Assembly: GCA_964420015.1 (NCBI GenBank) | Contig: CAYQPO010000001.1 | Location: forward strand, 23,048-87,047 | Direction: 5' to 3' | DNA from: an uncultured Candidatus Saccharibacteria bacterium | GTDB lineage: Bacteria > Patescibacteriota > Minisyncoccia > Phycocordibacterales > SBAW01 | DNA: 64,000 nucleotides | In this document: positions 47,787-56,161 of the stretch, piece by piece | How the letters are laid out: each line of letters opens with the position of its first letter | How positions within the stretch are numbered: the stretch's first letter is position 1 | Translations under genes and position numbers: made by a program | Notes under the pieces: model-generated | Told to the model about the DNA's origin: nothing | The model's database searches: none | What the model saw: only the letters and a program-made list of their open reading frames with translations

Positions 47787-48794
47787 TTACTCCCTACCCT
47801 CAAGCAGTGGGCGTTCTATGGCGCTGACCTCGATGTCGACTGCCCCGCCGGTGATGCGCAGTACGTCTTTGTCGACCTTGCCCAGCTCTTTATACCCGGC
47901 GTTCCAATGGTTGACCGTAGTCGAAAGCGAGCTCCCCAGTTTTTTGTAATAGTCTTCGTAGGCTTTAAGATGTCGCCCAAGCGCCTCGACATTTTTGGCA
48001 ATGTCTTTGGCCTGCTCCTCGATCTTAAACGCCTTAAAGCCGTAGAGCACCGACTGCAGGTAGGCTGCAAAGGTGGTTGGCGAAACAATGATCACTCTGC
48101 GCTCGTTTTGAGCATAATCCAAAAGGCTACGCGTGTTGACCGCACCCACGCCGTCGTTTAAAAGGTCGTAGTAGATCCCTTCGGCGGGGATATACATAAA
48201 TGCAAACGGGAGCGTCCCGTCTTTGGGGCGGACATACTTGCTCGTCTCGTCGATGCGCTTTTTCAAATCGCGCTTAAATGCGTCTTCAAACTCTGCTCTG
48301 CGGGCATCGTCTCGCTCGTCGCGCAGACGCGAGTAGTTCTCTAGCGGAAACTTGGCGTCTACGGGGATGATCCCCTCCTTGGTCCTAATAATCGCGTCGA
48401 CCGTCTCTCCGCCAGGGAACTCATACTGCATCGCATAGGCACCGGGCGGTAGAATGTTGCTCATCACCAGCTCCAAACTTGCCTCGCCCAAGTTGCCGCG
48501 TTGCTTTTGGTTTTTGAGTACCTTTTCGAGATTGTTGAGCTGCTCGGCGATGGTAAACACCTGCTTGGTCGACTCTTGGGTTTGAGAGACGCCGCGGATC
48601 ACCTCGAGGAGTTTGGAGTCGACCGCGCGGGTAAGCTGGTCGATCTGGTTTTGCATCAAGGTAAAGGGTGTCGTGTCTGGCGGTGGCAGAGGTGCGGGCG
48701 GCGCTTTGGAGCGCTGCCACATGTCAAACACCATGTACACCACGGCGATAACGCCGATAAGAACGATGAAAAGTACAACCACCCCGAGTTCCAT
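47787..48794 (-). CDS. rmuC: DNA recombination protein RmuC family
   Basis: N-terminal TM, long coiled-coil, C-terminal RmuC-like region. Confidence 0.65.
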   Translation of the reverse strand: MELGVVVLFIVLIGVIAVVYMVFDMWQRSKAPPAPLPPPDTTPFTLMQNQIDQLTRAVDSKLLEVIRGVSQTQESTKQVFTIAEQLNNLEKVLKNQKQRGNLGEASLELVMSNILPPGAYAMQYEFPGGETVDAIIRTKEGIIPVDAKFPLENYSRLRDERDDARRAEFEDAFKRDLKKRIDETSKYVRPKDGTLPFAFMYIPAEGIYYDLLNDGVGAVNTRSLLDYAQNERRVIIVSPTTFAAYLQSVLYGFKAFKIEEQAKDIAKNVEALGRHLKAYEDYYKKLGSSLSTTVNHWNAGYKELGKVDKDVLRITGGAVDIEVSAIERPLLEGRE

Positions 48795-48808
48795 GCTACT
48801 ATCATCGC

Positions 48809-49261
48809 ATGACCCAAGCAGAGCTCAAAGACATGATGAAGGACGCCATGCGCGCCAAAGAGAGTGTTCGTCTCAATGTAATCCGCGGCCTGATTTCAGC
48901 CTGCACCAACGAAGCAGTTGCTAAGGGCAAGGGCCCCGACGGCACTCTCGCTGATGAGGAGATGTTGACCGTGCTCATGCGCGCCTCCAAGCAGCGCAAA
49001 GACGCGATCGAGCAGTTTGAAAAAGGCGGCCGCCCAGAGTTGGCCGAAGGCGAGAAGGCCGAACTCGCTATACTCATGACCATGCTCCCGGCTCAAATGA
49101 GCCGCAAGGAGATCGAAGCGGCAGCTAAAGCAAAAGCGGCTGAGCTCGGCGTATCCGACAAAACGGGGGCCAACAAGCTTATGGGCATGTTGATGAAGGA
49201 TTTAAAGGGCAAGGCCGACGGCAACGACGTTAAGGCGGTTGTGGACGCAATGTTTGCCTAA
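48809..49261 (+). CDS. GatB/YqeY domain protein
   Basis: LKDMMKDAMRAKESVRLNVIRGLISA... and C-terminal KLMGMLMKDLKGKADG match YqeY. Confidence 0.7.
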   Translation: MTQAELKDMMKDAMRAKESVRLNVIRGLISACTNEAVAKGKGPDGTLADEEMLTVLMRASKQRKDAIEQFEKGGRPELAEGEKAELAILMTMLPAQMSRKEIEAAAKAKAAELGVSDKTGANKLMGMLMKDLKGKADGNDVKAVVDAMFA

Positions 49262-49417
49262 TTTTCTAGAGCCTTCACTTGACTTTTAGCCCATTTTGGG
49301 CATAATTATACAGGATGAGAGGTCGCAAATGACCAACGTTAGTTCAGCGTACTCTCCGGGAGCTCGGCGGCGCAATCCGCCGAGCGACCTTTTCAAATTT
49401 AACCCAGGAGGGCAGCC

Positions 49418-49786
49418 ATGCTCAAGGACGACCCCGTATGCCTTGCTCACCTGGACACTGACGTGGCCGGGGTGAGAGCCACCGCCGCGAGGCGACGCTA
49501 CAACAAGCAGAAACGTGAGGAAGGAGTCGTAGTCGGCCCCGCTCGCGAGTACCAGAGCAACGCCCAAGCAATCGAAGCTGCCAAGGCCCGAGCTGCGGCT
49601 ATCTGCCCCGACTCGCCGTTTCTCGACGAGATGCCGGCGTTTCAAGAGACGCCCACACGCTTGGCGCACGTCAGCGAGGATGACGAGCGAACAGCATCGC
49701 TCAAAGCCTTTGCTGAAAAAAATACCAAGGCGACGACCGCTGCAGTGCAAGAAGAGCTCCCGCTCTTCCAGCAAGCAGCCGAATGA
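49418..49786 (+). CDS. hypothetical protein
   Basis: 122-aa ORF with AGGAGGG RBS 6 nt before ATG; preferred over the overlapping minus-strand ORF. Confidence 0.45.
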   Translation: MLKDDPVCLAHLDTDVAGVRATAARRRYNKQKREEGVVVGPAREYQSNAQAIEAAKARAAAICPDSPFLDEMPAFQETPTRLAHVSEDDERTASLKAFAEKNTKATTAAVQEELPLFQQAAE

Positions 49787-49791
49787 TCTCA

Positions 49792-49826
49792 GGGGCCCGC
49801 CAACTTGGCGGGTCCTTTAGTGTTTT
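49792..49826 (+). terminator. rho-independent terminator
   Basis: GGGCCCGCC-aactt-GGCGGGTCC then TTTAGTGTTTT. Confidence 0.6.
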
Positions 49827-49887
49827 AAATCAAGATAGATAAAGCACTACTTTCGTGTTATAAATTTTGAGCACGACCGCGTAGCGA

Positions 49888-49959
49888 GGCCCTATCGTCT
49901 AATGGTTAGGACAGCGCCCTCTCACGGCGCAAATCGGGGTTCGAGTCCCCGTAGGGTCA
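49888..49959 (+). tRNA. tRNA-Glu (anticodon CTC)
   Basis: hand-folded: acceptor GGCCCTA/TAGGGTC, D-arm GTCTAATGGTTAGGAC, anticodon stem GCGCC/GGCGC with loop CUCUCAC, T-arm CGGGG-TTCGAGT-CCCCG. Confidence 0.7.
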
Positions 49960-49974
49960 CAAAATAAAAGACAA

Positions 49975-51297
49975 TCACCTCCTCTTCCACTCTGCATCTT
50001 GGCGCACAAGGAGCTGCTCGGCGAGTTCGGGCACAGCCATGATGTCTTCGACCACGCGCTCCATGCGCATGCTTTGTGACCCTTTGCACAAGACCATGTC
50101 GCCGTTTTGGAGCATATTTTGGAGCTCCTGTCCGGCCTTAGTGGAGTCTTCGTACTGAAAGATCTTACTCTCCAGCATGCCCACGTCGAGTGCTGCCAGC
50201 GCAATGTCGCGCGCCCGAAAGCCGACTGTGATTAAGAGGTCACACGTTTTCGCCACGACCGCACCCACCTTGCGGTGCTCCTCGACCGAAGCACGCCCCA
50301 GCTCGAGCATGTCGCCGAGCGCCGCAACGCGCCGCCCTTTAGGCTGCAAAAGTGCGAGTGTTTCGAGCGCGGCAACCACCGCTGCGGGTGAGGAGTTGTA
50401 CGTATCATCGACCACCAAAGTGTTTTTAATCCCTGCAATAAGCCGCATCCGCCCCACAGGTGGTTTGTAGCCGCCCAAGCCTTCGGCAATAAACTCATCG
50501 CCAAACTGCAGTGCCACCCCCACCGCTGCAGCTGCAATCAAAGGCAAAAAGGCGTGCGCCCCCACGGCGCCTACAAGCTCAACGGGGAGGATCTTGCGCG
50601 GCAAATGAACTTTGCCGCGCATCCCCACCGGGGTTCCGTTTTCTGTTGCGCCGGTTAAGTCACGCTCGCGGATGATCTCGAACTCACCACCAGAAACATC
50701 GGCGTTTTTGTTAAACCCAAAGGTCATGATCTTGGCATCGGGTGCGGGCAAGCGATGCTGCAGCTGCAATGTGCACGGGTCATCGGCAAACAGGAGCAGC
50801 GTCCCTCCGGGCCTAATGCAATCGATCAGCGCGGCCTTCTCTTCTATCACGGCCTCAACACTGGGAAAGAACTCTACATGCACCGGCACCTCGGGCAGGC
50901 GCGTGATCACTGCCACGTCAACCCCTAGCCAGCCGACGAGCGACTGTATGTCCCCCGGTCTGTCGGCGCCAACCTCGAGCACCAACCACTCAGGATATTC
51001 TGCAGAAAAAACAATAAGCAAGAGCCCATCCAAAATGTTTTGGATCCACCGAAGTGGATTATTCCACGCATTGGGCACACCAAGAATGGTGAGCGGCAGG
51101 CCAATTTCGGAGTTAAAGCTCTTTTCGCTCTTGCGCACGCGCACCTCGGTCTTGAGCACACTAAAGATCGCATCTTTGGTCGAGGTTTTGCCCACCGAGC
51201 CGGTGATAGCAACAATGCGCGGTTTGTACTTGCGCAACACTGCTTTGGCCTCTTGGCGCAACACCCACACCACCAGCTTTCTCAAAAACTCCCGCAT
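49975..51297 (-). CDS. murF: UDP-N-acetylmuramoyl-tripeptide--D-alanyl-D-alanine ligase
   Basis: P-loop VAITGSVGKTSTKD, Mur ligase middle/C domains; 440 aa. Confidence 0.8.
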   Translation of the reverse strand: MREFLRKLVVWVLRQEAKAVLRKYKPRIVAITGSVGKTSTKDAIFSVLKTEVRVRKSEKSFNSEIGLPLTILGVPNAWNNPLRWIQNILDGLLLIVFSAEYPEWLVLEVGADRPGDIQSLVGWLGVDVAVITRLPEVPVHVEFFPSVEAVIEEKAALIDCIRPGGTLLLFADDPCTLQLQHRLPAPDAKIMTFGFNKNADVSGGEFEIIRERDLTGATENGTPVGMRGKVHLPRKILPVELVGAVGAHAFLPLIAAAAVGVALQFGDEFIAEGLGGYKPPVGRMRLIAGIKNTLVVDDTYNSSPAAVVAALETLALLQPKGRRVAALGDMLELGRASVEEHRKVGAVVAKTCDLLITVGFRARDIALAALDVGMLESKIFQYEDSTKAGQELQNMLQNGDMVLCKGSQSMRMERVVEDIMAVPELAEQLLVRQDAEWKRR

Positions 51298-51328
51298 TCG
51301 TAGGCCTATTTTAGCCTATTTTTTGAGC

Positions 51329-52852
51329 TTACCTATCCGGTGGGATGTTGTAATAGTTGATCAAAAACTTTACCAAGTCGCCAAACGGCGGCGCCCACGT
51401 CTGTGATGCAAATGGGGCGCCTTGCGGCTCGAGCGCCCAGAGAAAGACAATGAATCGTGGACTAAAGCTCGGGAAGTAGCCAAAAAAACTGTGCAGATAT
51501 TTGTCAGGGTAGTAGCCTCCATTAATCGGGTCGGCCACTTGAGCGGTACCGGTTTTGGCCGCCACCGAGTAGTGCTCGAGCTTGAGCGCGCCGTTAGCAA
51601 GATTGGTATCAACCACCTCGGTTAACATCCGACTGATTGTAGTGCTCGTCTGCGGTTTGAGCACTGCCACGTCGCTCCCCCAGCTGAGTGTACGCACTAC
51701 TCCGCTGTCATACTTAATCGCCTTCACCACATGTGGAGTCACTAGTCTGCCCCCATTACCCAAGCTCGCCAGCGCGCGGGTAGTCTCAATCGGCGTAAGT
51801 GCGATCCCTTGCCCAAACGAAGCGGTGTCATAGTCGACCGCTTGGCCGTGGAGCAAGTTTTTGACCAATCCATGTATCTCGCCGGGCAGGTCGACCCCGG
51901 TCTCCTCGCCAAGTTTGTAGTGATCCACAAAATAATTTGCCATTATGGTAGGACCCATCTTAGTCGCCACAAAACTTGCGCCCACATTGAGCGACTGGCT
52001 CAGAATTTGCTGCATGGGGATCACTCCACGCGCCTTGGCGTCAAAGTTGCATATCTGCTTTTCATTAACGCTGATGCAACCGGTGTCGTTATAGGTAGTC
52101 GTCTCAGTGATTGCACCGGAATCCAGCCCCACAGCTAAGGTAAGGGGTTTGATAATCGAGCCCATCTCATAAACATTCTCCACATTGGGGTTGGCATACA
52201 CGAGCGCATCTTGCTCCTGATTAAAACGGTTGAGATCAAACGTCGGGGTTGCAGCCATCGCCACAATCTCGCCGGTGCTCGGGTCCATAATGACGCCGCC
52301 GGCGATTTTGGGATGCCACTGTGTCGCGTACGCGTTTAGCGTGCGTTCGAGTTCAGTCTGTGCAGTTGGCTCGATCGTGGTCACCACGCTGCCCTCGCCC
52401 CCTGCGCCGCCTTGGAGCGCTTGGCTAAACCCACCAAAGAGTTGTACAAAAAAGTTTGCATACGAGTCAGCCCCGTCGCTGGTGAGCGTCTGGTCGTAGT
52501 AGCGCTCGAGCCCATAGCGTCCTTTTTGCTCATGGTCGCCGTTGTAGGCCACAAAACCTATAACTTGAGCCGCGAGCGAGCCACCTGGGTAGTAACGCTG
52601 GTGTGTTGAGCTCGATGCCACGCCGGTTAGCGTTGCGGCAGTAATAAGCGTCCCCTCTTGATCGGTAAAGTAGATGCTGCCACGGTTTAAGAGCGGATTT
52701 TGGAGTTGTACCTGCTGAGCCTCGGCCTGCCGCTGATACTCTTGGCCACGCACTACCTGCAAAAAGTAGAGCTTGCCGAGTATCGCCAAAACCATGAGGC
52801 AAAGCAGTCCGGCGACCACGCGGACCCGCCCTACAAACCGTGCATTGCGCAT
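51329..52852 (-). CDS. ftsI: penicillin-binding protein 3-type transpeptidase (FtsI)
   Basis: N-terminal TM, SxxK (GSIIKP), SxN, KTGT (AAKTGTAQ); position after ftsL/rsmH. Confidence 0.75.
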   Translation of the reverse strand: MRNARFVGRVRVVAGLLCLMVLAILGKLYFLQVVRGQEYQRQAEAQQVQLQNPLLNRGSIYFTDQEGTLITAATLTGVASSSTHQRYYPGGSLAAQVIGFVAYNGDHEQKGRYGLERYYDQTLTSDGADSYANFFVQLFGGFSQALQGGAGGEGSVVTTIEPTAQTELERTLNAYATQWHPKIAGGVIMDPSTGEIVAMAATPTFDLNRFNQEQDALVYANPNVENVYEMGSIIKPLTLAVGLDSGAITETTTYNDTGCISVNEKQICNFDAKARGVIPMQQILSQSLNVGASFVATKMGPTIMANYFVDHYKLGEETGVDLPGEIHGLVKNLLHGQAVDYDTASFGQGIALTPIETTRALASLGNGGRLVTPHVVKAIKYDSGVVRTLSWGSDVAVLKPQTSTTISRMLTEVVDTNLANGALKLEHYSVAAKTGTAQVADPINGGYYPDKYLHSFFGYFPSFSPRFIVFLWALEPQGAPFASQTWAPPFGDLVKFLINYYNIPPDR

Positions 52853-52866
52853 AGCAAAATTGTACG

Positions 52867-53172
52867 CTATCTCGCCAGTGTGAGTGTTTGTGCGGCTACA
52901 AAAACCGTGGATAGTTCTTTAGGTGCAACAAAACCGAGCGTTTGTGCGGCATCCGGCGAGAGCGCCTCGGTTCGCTTCAAATATTGGCTCTCAAGCGCGC
53001 TCACTGTTGCAATAAGCTTGTGGATTTTGCTTTCTGCGTCGGAGCGGTGTGCAGCGTGAGCAACGGCACCCAAAAGCAACCCGCCGTAGGCGAAGGCACT
53101 GAGGGCAATCAGAGCGCCGAGTAGAGCCATCACCTTGCGGTTGTAGTAGTTGTAAAGCGCTAATGCGTACAT
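52867..53172 (-). CDS. ftsL: small bitopic membrane protein, FtsL-like by position
   Basis: 101 aa, single TM then coiled-coil; sits between rsmH and ftsI as in dcw clusters. Confidence 0.45.
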   Translation of the reverse strand: MYALALYNYYNRKVMALLGALIALSAFAYGGLLLGAVAHAAHRSDAESKIHKLIATVSALESQYLKRTEALSPDAAQTLGFVAPKELSTVFVAAQTLTLAR

Positions 53173-54014
53173 ATTTTTTCGATCGCGCGCAGTTTGGCGC
53201 TGCGCGAGGCACGGTTTTTGGCAATTTCGGCTGCGGTGGGGACAAGCGGCTTCTTTAAAACGAGTTTGCCCTCGCCCGCTTTTGCAAACGCGGCAAAAGC
53301 ACGTTTAACCAAGCGGTCTTCGATGCTATGAAAGGTGATCACCGCAACGCGCCCGCCACAGCTCAAGCATTCCCACGCGCTTTGCAGCCCTTGCTCAAGT
53401 ACGCCAAGCTCGTCGTTAACCGCGATGCGCAGCGCCTGAAAGGTTTTGGTTGCGGGGTTAGTTTTGCCGCGGCGATACTTGGGCGGCACCGCGTCGCGCA
53501 CCAACTCGACCAGCTCGAATGTGGTCGCAAAGGGCTGCACACTGCGGCGCTCAACTATTCGCGTAGCAATCTTGCGTGCGTAGCGCTCCTCACCGTAGCC
53601 AAAAAGCACGTTGGCGATCGTCTCTTCGCTCCATGTGTTGAGGATTTCTGCCGCAGTAAATCCCGAGCGCGGTTTTTTGCCATAGCTCATGTTAAGCGGC
53701 TCGTCGTACATAAAAGAGAACCCTCGCCCGCTCCCCAACTGATCGCGATTCCACCCCAGGTCAAATACCACCTTGCTTACCTCGCTCACGCCGAGCTTCC
53801 GTAAAATTTTTTTAAGATCGCCGAAGTTGCCTTCGATCACGTTTAGTGATCGCCCTGAGCTTTGTCGAAGGGCTGCTGGGTCAGCATCAATTGCAATGAG
53901 TTTAATTTTTGCAGCCGCTCTGAGCGCTTTGCTGTGCCCGCCCGCACCGTAGGTGGCGTCGACCACCACCTCGCCACTGTGGGGTTGCAGGGTTTCGACA
54001 ACTTCTTTGGCCAT
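53160..54014 (-). CDS. rsmH: 16S rRNA (cytosine1402-N4)-methyltransferase
   Basis: MAKEVVETL..VVDATYGAGGHS SAM-binding motif; start moved to internal ATG. Confidence 0.85.
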   Translation of the reverse strand: MAKEVVETLQPHSGEVVVDATYGAGGHSKALRAAAKIKLIAIDADPAALRQSSGRSLNVIEGNFGDLKKILRKLGVSEVSKVVFDLGWNRDQLGSGRGFSFMYDEPLNMSYGKKPRSGFTAAEILNTWSEETIANVLFGYGEERYARKIATRIVERRSVQPFATTFELVELVRDAVPPKYRRGKTNPATKTFQALRIAVNDELGVLEQGLQSAWECLSCGGRVAVITFHSIEDRLVKRAFAAFAKAGEGKLVLKKPLVPTAAEIAKNRASRSAKLRAIEKICTH

Positions 54015-54138
54015 GACCGAGACGTGTACCGACTCCCGTTCATGACTCAAAGAGCCCTCCTCTCGATTGGAGCGCTGCGAGCCACGAACGGAAGTCGATT
54101 TGCCTCTCGTCATATACATAGGTGTCAAAGAATCCCGC

Positions 54139-54573
54139 TTACAAAATACCTAGATCGCCCAACGTTTGTGCCATCTGGTCGGCCCCTTTCTCGATCCGGC
54201 GCTTATACTCGTCCCAAACCTTTTCGTTCCAAAGCTCGACGCGGTCTGAAACCCCCGCGAGAACTACTTTGTTGCGCAGCTGCGCAAACTCTTTAAGAAA
54301 CTCCGGGATCAAAATCCGCCCTCCGGCATCGACCTCCACCTCTACCGCACCTGCAAGCAAGAAGCGACTCATGCCGCGGGTGTCGCTTTGTCCTACGGGA
54401 AGCGCTGCAACCTTGCTGGCGATTGCCTCCCAACTCTTTTGCGGGAACATAAACAGGCAGCCGTCGAGCCCGCGCGTGACCACAATCCTGCGGCCGACCT
54501 CCTTGCGAAACTTCGCGGGGAGTGAGAGACGTTTTTTGTCGTCTAGCGTGTGTAGATATTCGCCAATCAGCAT
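54139..54573 (-). CDS. mraZ: transcriptional regulator MraZ
   Basis: MLIGEYLHTLDDKKRLSLPAKFR and second DxxxR repeat (tandem MraZ domains). Confidence 0.8.
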   Translation of the reverse strand: MLIGEYLHTLDDKKRLSLPAKFRKEVGRRIVVTRGLDGCLFMFPQKSWEAIASKVAALPVGQSDTRGMSRFLLAGAVEVEVDAGGRILIPEFLKEFAQLRNKVVLAGVSDRVELWNEKVWDEYKRRIEKGADQMAQTLGDLGIL

Positions 54574-54675
54574 CTCGGTTTGTCTAGGACTCCCCACTTC
54601 ATCCCACTGTTTGGGATTTTATAGTATTTTACCCCACCAACCTACACAAGTTATCCACTTTTATATGAATGCAAT

Positions 54676-55431
54676 ATGAATTCATCGATGACAATAGTAT
54701 CTATGGAGCGTTTCTTTAAGGGGTGGTACCCACTCTCACCCACCGGTCGGGTTATCGCGGCTGGCTATGCCTGTATCCCGGTGTTTGTGGCAACCGAGCA
54801 ATACCTAGGGATCTTTCCCCAAAACCTCACCGCGCCGGTGGTAGGTGGGATGACGGTAGTCATGGTCTGCGCTGCGATCTCACGCACTCAGGGCAAACAA
54901 CTCTTTCGAGCTCGGCCCAAGGGCGGGAGAGGCTTTACTCTCGTGGAGCTGTTAGTGGTGATCTCGATCATCGGTATCTTGGCCGCCATACTCTTACCCA
55001 CATATTTTTCTGCCCGCGAAGCGGCGCGGCTCGCCCGGGCAAAGCTCGAGCTGCGCAGTTTGGCCGAAGCGCTTGAGCGCTATCAAATAGATAACGGCAC
55101 CTTCCCCGCAGATGTTAACCGGGGACTCCCTTCGGGCCTCGAACAGTATCTCCCCGGCGGCGTATGGCCAACACCCCCTTGGGACGGCGCGGTGTACGAC
55201 TGGGACAATTGGGCTCCAAGCGACCTGAGCTATCCGCCCAACACACAAACCTACCAAATGAGTATCCGTTTTTGTACCGACACCAACACCTGCAACTTTC
55301 CCCCAGAGAATTGGGCGCAAAACTTTGACTACTACTCTGCAGCCTACTACTGCATCTCGGGCTCCTGCAGGGCGCACTCAAGTCAGCCGGTGAGCCACCC
55401 AGGCTATTGTGTTAATTGTGGGCCTCAGTAG
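54676..55431 (+). CDS. type IV pilin / pseudopilin with class III prepilin signal (G|FTLVELLVVISIIGILAAI)
   Basis: prepilin peptidase site GFTLVE with Glu+5 and hydrophobic helix; the ORF carries an unusually long 65-aa N-terminal extension, so the true start may be the internal ATG near 54850. Confidence 0.6.
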   Translation: MNSSMTIVSMERFFKGWYPLSPTGRVIAAGYACIPVFVATEQYLGIFPQNLTAPVVGGMTVVMVCAAISRTQGKQLFRARPKGGRGFTLVELLVVISIIGILAAILLPTYFSAREAARLARAKLELRSLAEALERYQIDNGTFPADVNRGLPSGLEQYLPGGVWPTPPWDGAVYDWDNWAPSDLSYPPNTQTYQMSIRFCTDTNTCNFPPENWAQNFDYYSAAYYCISGSCRAHSSQPVSHPGYCVNCGPQ

Positions 55432-55540
55432 AGCCATATTTTAGCCATTGACAATAGCGTGCTTTGGGTGTAAAATGCGAGGCGGCGTTAAATAGAGCGT
55501 GATAGGACTACTTGGCAACACAAACCAAGAGGAATCTGTC

Positions 55541-55687
55541 ATGAGACTGCAAGATCTTGCGCAAGATGTGCGCGACCTGCCGCGAAGCGAGAAAGAAAAA
55601 CTCGTTTTGGTCGGCGTAGTCGCGGCATTGGTGGTTGGGATTATGGTGCGGTGTTACTACCTCACCCTGCCCATACAGCTCGGTTAA
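55541..55687 (+). CDS. hypothetical small membrane protein
   Basis: 48 aa from ATG preceded by AGAGGAA; one TM. Confidence 0.25.
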   Translation: MRLQDLAQDVRDLPRSEKEKLVLVGVVAALVVGIMVRCYYLTLPIQLG

Positions 55688-55807
55688 ACCAACACGCGGC
55701 CCGGCACGCGTGGCAACGGCCCCAGCGACTTGTCTCACCTAGTGGATCTAGAGTGATGACTTGGCGCGGGGCTGTTTTGTTTTCCACAGGTTGAGCCGAT
55801 TGTAATT

Positions 55808-55837
55808 TTGACAACCTTGGCTCGTCGGGAGTATAAG
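55808..55837 (+). promoter_or_regulatory. sigma-70-like promoter (TTGACA, 17/18-nt spacer, TATAAG)
   Basis: hexamers read directly, upstream of the 55873 ORF. Confidence 0.4.
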
Positions 55838-55872
55838 GAAGAGGTAAGCCCTTTGGAAAAACGGAGGCGAAG

Positions 55873-56088
55873 TTGAGCAGCAACAAGAAGACTCCCAAAA
55901 CTCGCTGCGATCACTGCGGCGGTCGCTTTGGCCTGATTCGGCATAGCCGGTTGTTTTCAACACAACGGTACTGCTCGAAAGAGTGCCTCGGCGAATGCTC
56001 TAGCCTGATCGCAATCCTCCTCTTGAAATGGCGGCGACTTCCCTTGCTGCGTTGGAGAACCACCGCGTCGACGAAAGTCGCTTCCTGA
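55873..56088 (+). CDS. hypothetical small zinc-ribbon protein
   Basis: TTG start 5 nt after ACGGAGG RBS; CDHC-x19-CSKEC Cys pairs. Confidence 0.3.
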   Translation: MSSNKKTPKTRCDHCGGRFGLIRHSRLFSTQRYCSKECLGECSSLIAILLLKWRRLPLLRWRTTASTKVAS

Positions 56089-56116
56089 CCGGCAGCCCGG
56101 CTGACCGTCAAGAAAC

Positions 56117-56161
56117 CAAAAACGCCCACCCCTGCAATACGGGGTGGGCATCAACTTTTTT
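56117..56161. terminator. bidirectional rho-independent terminator
   Basis: GCCCACCCC-tgcaatac-GGGGTGGGC with T-tracts on both strands. Confidence 0.6.

Noticed and set aside
49286-49774. 162-aa minus-strand ORF
   Set aside because: Overlaps the plus-strand 122-aa ORF, which has a perfect AGGAGGG RBS. The minus frame lacks start context. The plus-strand gene was kept at low confidence.
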